Source: Chlorobiota bacterium (GTDB taxonomy: Bacteria; Bacteroidota; Ignavibacteria; Kapaibacteriales; NICIL-2). Taken from it: a stretch of DNA of 64,000 bases. A program made the position numbers and the translations under genes. Below the pieces are notes generated by a model. The model saw nothing but the letters and a program-made list of their open reading frames with translations. It was not told the origin of the DNA and did no database searches. The stretch's first letter is position 1. The number at the start of each line of letters is the position of its first letter. The stretch is taken from assembly GCA_044228285.1 (NCBI GenBank), contig JBGAVD010000006.1, forward strand, positions 66,077 through 130,076. Direction: 5' to 3'. Positions 59,301 through 64,000 of the stretch are shown here, one piece after another.

Positions 59301-60957
59301 GATTGCGCACATGGGTGATAGCGTTAAAACATTGGATTTGAATGTCAATGCAATGCCGCTGAGTATTGCATTGTCGCCAATGAAGATGTCTATGCGCGAC
59401 AATGAACATGTCGACATCACCATTGCCGCAGCAAAGCTCAGCTTAGCGGCGGTTTCGCCCTTCGTCCCAGGCATCTCCAATCTCGACGGAAAAGCTGATG
59501 CGCAGATGCGTATAAGTGGTACAACACCAGACAAAATCGACTATAGCGGAAACGTAACCTTTGACAACGCTTCCTTTGTTGTGCCTGCTACGAAGATTTG
59601 GTACACAGCAGGTGGACGCTTGAGCTTAAAGAACACCACGGTCAATCTCGATTCCATTCGCATAAAGAATGTTGAATCGGATCTACCTGGGGGAGCAGCC
59701 GATGTAACAGGTCTCATGCGTATTCGCGGCTTTACCATCCGGGATTTAGACATCTACGCGCAAGTCAGCAAGCGCGATAAGTTCTTGGTGATGAGTGAAG
59801 CGACCGCGGGTGCAAGCGACTTCATGTATGGTCGGACAACCATCTCAACGCAGGACAACGACCGAGGTCGTACGCAACGTCGTCTCCACTTTCACGGCAC
59901 ACCAGATAGACCTTTGCTTGAAGGTTTCGTTATGATCGAGGACGCGGATATCAAGTTTCCTCCAACGATCGATCGCACAACTCGAACGTCGACAATGCAG
60001 TACGTTCGTACAGGCAACAACTACCGATTGACAGAAGTAATAACCAAGGCACCAAGCACTGATACGACGATTGGCGACTTGCCTCCTGAAGAACCCATCA
60101 TGAAGCGCAACGAGCAGAAGCTTGAGAAATCCTTCGTTGATATACTGTACACCTCTGTGGATTGTAAGATCGAGAACTTCATGACCGTGCAGATGGACTT
60201 TGGTTTGAATGACCAGATGGTTGCGATTGTTCGTCAGGAGAATCCAAGAGACGCAATGCGCTTTATTCGCGACGGCTCCAGGTCGACTTCATTAAAGTCT
60301 GACCTCATTATTGATCCTGCCACTACCTATAAGTTCTACTCAAACTTTATCGCCGAAGGTACGATGAACATTGATGGTCCGATCGATAACCCTCGACTCA
60401 ACATCAAAGCATCCATGACCAGCGACCGTGTGGTCAATGACCGGAAGAGTACATACAAGGTAGAGTTGACGATAACCGGCACAAAAAAGAAGCCCATTGT
60501 TACGATGAACTATTACATTGATGGTCGCCTCAACGAGGGCGCAGTTACTGATGATGAGCGCACAACAAACGCCTTGCTCCTTACCATGTTTGGCTTTACA
60601 CAGTCAGAACTGGGCGGAAGCAGTAATCTTGGCAATGATGTAGGAAACAAGCTCGCTTCTTCACCTGTTGGTGTAATCTTCAACAAGGTACTTCAAGGAA
60701 GTGTTATCAAGAATGTGAACATCGACTTAAACGGGGGCGTTGCTGACCTTTCGCAAGCACATGTGAAGGTCACGGCCGCCATTTTTCCTGGCACAGCTCT
60801 CACGCTTGGGGGCACCCTCTCGGATCCAACCGTAACCTTCACGTACCCAATAACGGCCAATACCAGTGCGAGCCTCATGCGAGCCACTACCCCAGGCGCA
60901 TCTGCTACACGTCAGCAAAAAAACTGGGAGTTAAAGTATGGAGTGCACATTCCGTAA
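56365..60957 (+). CDS. tamB: TamB/AsmA-like (DUF490) translocation and assembly module protein
   Basis: N-terminal TM anchor, QTDWF, long beta-taco-like sequence, G..DNPRLNIKA, C-terminal aromatic beta strand; 1530 aa. Confidence 0.78.
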   Translation: MKIGHYEFHRPAARSLRAQATRLRSLARFIMWSIIVAFSLLFVLGITTAVVVQTDWFHRWAAEKLTAVLSDELEAKLEFRSIRFNLFKGIELDSVHLSTRGDTVLSASSLRLRYELEPLLIRHIVISEVQLLDANIRLLRSKQDSTWNVDHIVKPSPDDPNKKPLDWGITVRNVALLNARVRVCDSLSFEPIENRLHYTRLDLDSVNLRMSATLNLAAKQYAVSIDDLQCIEHRCALHIEHLRCAAEIDSSHIALRNLRFMTPGSNFHLHGSIDSTNVFDSTTDLATRPLNLHIEPSKLMAHDINLFLPPDFSLGADFELHSTVSGNLNVMHFDVDRVQTQNTELHGSYTMHNVANARPFIYEVELQHSSANFSDIRRALPTLKMGEIAFLDHLRLDQTRVYGTKDSIAAIVGVQGDFGQVQGTVGLLTREKLVYNAELDVQSFDTYPFTQKYSQASRLNGHLSLDGSGTTLDDLQAQLGLHLNHSSFGGKDISSLQLNASMLAKVLTVDTLDVRFPLSAADSTVGYSAADQRELRLKGALDLNDVTMPAYSVQARTQLMPLAQLVGDNNLPQSFSADIKCNGVGFHPDSLQVDLQTDVTDFILTDGALFPFKLSAKLSRSDAQHRHLELHSDFADANVDGRYRLGTAWSVFLVHIGMLDKYVRNHYAKAQSDSASFKPMLPYSLPDDTLDLKYNLKVRGMAAIAPFIKGVRLDARGNISGSISGTPSCYQFVVDTARVRRFSMRIDQDFVYSQPITMSLHMQTENMTSQPFIEQAILNIRCDSVLRINTTRFVVPRFNITILDDHARFMLSTRMENHIPLYARGSMHNEGNIYRVNLDSLYAGWSRSLAFRTTHPAHLLMSPQGVRVDSLSLQYIGGEDRISLSGLFNSNSFDHMKVDLRQFDVETLKKIPELVSVNALQMLGGVVDSLSVDIHGKYSAPRFEVQGRMMDMRYNDVPIGVQSLQGSYDGKNIRATSTVIAHMGDSVKTLDLNVNAMPLSIALSPMKMSMRDNEHVDITIAAAKLSLAAVSPFVPGISNLDGKADAQMRISGTTPDKIDYSGNVTFDNASFVVPATKIWYTAGGRLSLKNTTVNLDSIRIKNVESDLPGGAADVTGLMRIRGFTIRDLDIYAQVSKRDKFLVMSEATAGASDFMYGRTTISTQDNDRGRTQRRLHFHGTPDRPLLEGFVMIEDADIKFPPTIDRTTRTSTMQYVRTGNNYRLTEVITKAPSTDTTIGDLPPEEPIMKRNEQKLEKSFVDILYTSVDCKIENFMTVQMDFGLNDQMVAIVRQENPRDAMRFIRDGSRSTSLKSDLIIDPATTYKFYSNFIAEGTMNIDGPIDNPRLNIKASMTSDRVVNDRKSTYKVELTITGTKKKPIVTMNYYIDGRLNEGAVTDDERTTNALLLTMFGFTQSELGGSSNLGNDVGNKLASSPVGVIFNKVLQGSVIKNVNIDLNGGVADLSQAHVKVTAAIFPGTALTLGGTLSDPTVTFTYPITANTSASLMRATTPGASATRQQKNWELKYGVHIP

Positions 60958-61260
60958 TAGTCGGTCTGATTGTCGAACCCAATCTCGAGTGTGGGTTCAA
61001 TTCCTCTTAGTGACTTTCGCATTTCCCTCTTCGATCTGACAATCGGCAGCGTTACCGAACTATAGTGTTCAGCTCCCTTGAATTGATCCAAACCACTCCC
61101 TTCGCAGACAGGCAGCACCTTCGTTTTCGGCTGAAAAGACTTGCTCTATAAACGATTATTCACTTTTGTCTTTGTCTCTCAACAAAAAGTGTTGATTTTG
61201 CGGAACACTATCGGTCAGGGCACTGGTCCTGATAGACTCTCCACCAATTTTTGCACGGCA

Positions 61261-63357
61261 ATGATCCATCGCTACCTCTTTGGTCTCTTTGTTTTCTTCT
61301 GCAGTCTCCCACTTCTTCACTCTGCCAACGTACCAAAAGACGTATCTGTTCCGCTCATCGCAACCGTGACCAACACTGGAACCTTACGCGTTGAACTTAA
61401 ATGGCCTGCAGACAAGAACAGTCTAGGCTACACCATCCTCCGCAAGCAAAAGGACGAGGCATCGTTCAACACGATGGAGGAACTCGGGGGCATGGATTCA
61501 ATGTGGATCGACACCGACATCCTTGAAGGCATTGGCTATGAGTATGCAATCTCAAAGGTATTGATCAAGGACACGCTCAATGCTTATGGTTTTGTCGCCG
61601 CTGGCTGGAAGGTAGCCGTTGACGCTTCGCATGGACACATGCTGTTGTTGGTCGACAAGACTGTTCATGCAAGTTTGGGTACTGAAGTGAAACGTCTTGC
61701 CCAAGACCTTTGGAACGAAGGCTGGTATGTTCAGATCAAGGAAGCACCGCGTGCGCCAACCTTCGATAGCGCTGCGGTTCGTGCAACAAAAGACATTGTG
61801 CGTGAGTGGTACAACACACTCAATGGTGAACCTGCTTACCTCTTCATCATCGGTAGAGTACCAGTTCCTTACTCGGGAATGGTCTACATGGGTAAGTCCT
61901 ATCCTGGTCCAGACGGTCACGGAGAGCATAGTGGTGCTTGGGCGGCTGACAGCTACTATTCATGTATGATCGATGATAACTTATGGACCGATGACATCAC
62001 CAATACAGTAGGTGCGTATCCAGACAACAAGAATTTTCCCAATGATGGTCGTTTCGATAACATGTTTGTGCCTGGCAGCTTTGATATCAAAGTAGGTCGT
62101 GTGGATTTGTATAACATGGGTCTCTTTTACCACGACAGCACCGGCAGTGGTGCTTCGCGCAAGGTTGATTCTCTTGCCTCGGAGATCCACCTCATACGGA
62201 ACTATCTGGATCGCAATCACGCATATCGCACAAATGCGTTTAAGCTGCCATGGCGCGGTTTGATTGACGACAACTTTGGTGGATATGGCGAGCAGTTTGC
62301 GCGTTGCGCATGGATGGCATACCCTGCTCTCTTAGGCGCTAATTCGGCAGTTGAACGCGACTATATCACAACACTGGATACGGCAGGATACTTGTGGTCT
62401 TATGGTTGCGGTGGTGGTGGCAGCGACTTTCAATCGGCTGGAGGAGTAGGAACCTCGACCGATATTTCCAAGAAGAAACTCAACACGGTTTTCTCCATGC
62501 TCTTTGGCTCCTACTTCGGCGATTGGGATAAGGCTAACAACCTCCTCCGCGCACCGTTGGCGGTCAGCCCAGGAGCGCTTACCAATTGTTGGGCTGGACG
62601 TCCGTACTGGTACTTCCAACAAATGGCACTTGGAGAAACGATTGGAACCTGTTATCAGATTTCGGCGAACAATGACAACACCTATCCCTCTGGAATTTAT
62701 CCTCGTGGCGTGCACATTGCCTTGATGGGTGATCCTTCCCTCCGTATGAGTTACGGCACTGTTGGTGTGGCACAAAATCTGTCAGTCAAGCAAGTTGCCG
62801 CTCCAACCAAAGGTGTACAGCTTAGTTGGTCTGCACCAGCGGGAACCGAAGTAGTTGGATACTATGTGTACAAGCAGAATGCAGATGCTGCCGTTGTGCC
62901 ACTGAATGGCGGAGCGATGATCAATGAAACCAGTTTTCTGGATGAGCAGTTAACCGACGGAGTTGTGCGCTATATCGTACGTACTGTTGGCGTACTCACA
63001 TCAAGTTCGGGAAGCTTCAATGAACTCAGTGCCCCATTGGAACAAAGCTTAACCGTTTCTAGCGTTGAAGATCAGAGCAATGCAAGCACTCAGCTTCGTT
63101 GTTATCCAAATCCAGCGCAGAACTCATGTGCTGTGGAATTAAATCTTCAATCATCCGCTGCTGTTAGCGTCAGCCTCTACAACAGCAATGGCGCGCTTAT
63201 TCGTCGTCTGGAGTCGTCATGGCTTTCAGCAGGCGAACAACATTTAGTCTGGGATCTCTCGGACGACGCTGGCAATCGCGTTGCCGATGGCGTCTATGTA
63301 CTCCAGGTTCGCATTGGAGCCGAGTTGCTCGTAAAGAAATTGAGTATTGTACACTAG
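61261..63357 (+). CDS. Secreted FN3 + peptidase C25 (gingipain)-like fold protein with T9SS C-terminal domain
   Basis: Signal peptide from ATG 61261; FN3-like LKW..YTILRK..DT..YEY; LFIIGRVP, AD.YY, VGRVD, LMGDPSL; YPNPA..WD..G..GVY..KKL. Confidence 0.72.
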   Translation: MIHRYLFGLFVFFCSLPLLHSANVPKDVSVPLIATVTNTGTLRVELKWPADKNSLGYTILRKQKDEASFNTMEELGGMDSMWIDTDILEGIGYEYAISKVLIKDTLNAYGFVAAGWKVAVDASHGHMLLLVDKTVHASLGTEVKRLAQDLWNEGWYVQIKEAPRAPTFDSAAVRATKDIVREWYNTLNGEPAYLFIIGRVPVPYSGMVYMGKSYPGPDGHGEHSGAWAADSYYSCMIDDNLWTDDITNTVGAYPDNKNFPNDGRFDNMFVPGSFDIKVGRVDLYNMGLFYHDSTGSGASRKVDSLASEIHLIRNYLDRNHAYRTNAFKLPWRGLIDDNFGGYGEQFARCAWMAYPALLGANSAVERDYITTLDTAGYLWSYGCGGGGSDFQSAGGVGTSTDISKKKLNTVFSMLFGSYFGDWDKANNLLRAPLAVSPGALTNCWAGRPYWYFQQMALGETIGTCYQISANNDNTYPSGIYPRGVHIALMGDPSLRMSYGTVGVAQNLSVKQVAAPTKGVQLSWSAPAGTEVVGYYVYKQNADAAVVPLNGGAMINETSFLDEQLTDGVVRYIVRTVGVLTSSSGSFNELSAPLEQSLTVSSVEDQSNASTQLRCYPNPAQNSCAVELNLQSSAAVSVSLYNSNGALIRRLESSWLSAGEQHLVWDLSDDAGNRVADGVYVLQVRIGAELLVKKLSIVH

Positions 63358-63381
63358 AACACACAACATTGCCTAACAGCC

Positions 63382-63915
63382 ATGAGCGAAAACACCGAAG
63401 ATCTGCAGTATCCTATTGGTCGTTTTAAACGTCCGGAACTCGTTCAAAGCTCCGACCGTGAGGGTTGGATTCAGGCAATTGAAGACTTGCCACAAAGCCT
63501 GCGTGCCTGCACGCAGGCTTTGCAAGAGCATCAGTTTGATGCTTGTTATCGTCCAGGCAGTTGGACAGTTCGTCAGGTGATCCATCACTTGGCTGATAGT
63601 CACATGAACGCTTCGATACGCTTTCGATTAGCACTCACCGAAGATGCACCCGTGGTCAAACCGTACCTTGAAGCTGCATGGGCTACTCTGCCAGACGCCA
63701 GTAGTCTGGATGTTCGCAGCTCCTTAGATATTCTGAGTGGTCTGCACGAGCGCTGGGTCTACCTTATGCGATCAATGACCGACGAGCAATGGATGCGCAG
63801 CTTTGTGAACCCACAGTATGGGGATCGTCCATCAAGCTTACATAACACCGCGGCCTTGTATGCATGGCATTCCAAGCACCATTTAGCCCATGTTATCCGC
63901 GCCACGGCGCTCTAA
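63382..63915 (+). CDS. YfiT/BstA-family (DinB superfamily) thiol transferase
   Basis: LQYPIG, YRPGSWTVRQVIHHLADSH, KPY.E..WA, LH.RW, YAWHSKHHLAH. Confidence 0.9.
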   Translation: MSENTEDLQYPIGRFKRPELVQSSDREGWIQAIEDLPQSLRACTQALQEHQFDACYRPGSWTVRQVIHHLADSHMNASIRFRLALTEDAPVVKPYLEAAWATLPDASSLDVRSSLDILSGLHERWVYLMRSMTDEQWMRSFVNPQYGDRPSSLHNTAALYAWHSKHHLAHVIRATAL

Positions 63916-63966
63916 TAGACCTACATGAGCTAAGCTCAGGTACTATAGACGTTTATCGCCCTTCCC

Positions 63967-63995
63967 CTGTAACCAATTCGGTATGCCTGTGTTGC
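63967..63995 (+). promoter_or_regulatory. Candidate ECF promoter TGTAAC-N16-TGTT for a gene beyond the window
   Basis: CTGTAACCAATTCGGTATGCCTGTGTTGC; same first 10 nt and spacing as the site at 23856-23828. Confidence 0.4.
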
Positions 63996-64000
63996 TACCT

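Overview
Bacterial chromosomal window, about 50% GC, most consistent with the Bacteroidota/Chlorobiota (FCB) group, possibly Kapabacteria/Ignavibacteria-like. This is inferred from many proteins with Sec signal peptides followed by Gln and C-terminal T9SS-type sorting domains (xxYPNP...GxY...K/R). The left third is accessory. It holds (i) a giant minus-strand ORF missed by the ORF track (start 7615, still open at the window edge, >2538 aa) fusing a phytase-like propeller, a calcineurin-like metallophosphoesterase, three 457-aa PhoX-like domains and Ig-like stalk repeats; (ii) a BNR/PKD/LamG secreted protein; (iii) a nine-gene ECF-sigma operon (anti-sigma, Spy/CpxP-like sensor, secreted beta-sandwich protein, two metallophosphoesterases, YHYH protein, HupE/UreJ, DUF1566) bracketed by MerR and HAD pseudogenes; and (iv) an ECF42/YCII pair. 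The rest is largely housekeeping: yicC, gmk, fcl, dnaX with an A9 slippage run, gabD-like, plsY, ArnT-like, pyrD, ftsL/ftsI, radC, CADD, clpS, tamB, yfiT. It is interrupted by a 1.9-kb non-coding composite repeat (80-bp three-hairpin units with compensatory changes, fused to a 21-bp-module array) next to an orphan HsdM-like gene that lacks the NPPF/Y motif. No rRNA, tRNA, CRISPR array or transposase was recognised. All family assignments are by eye from motifs, not from database searches.
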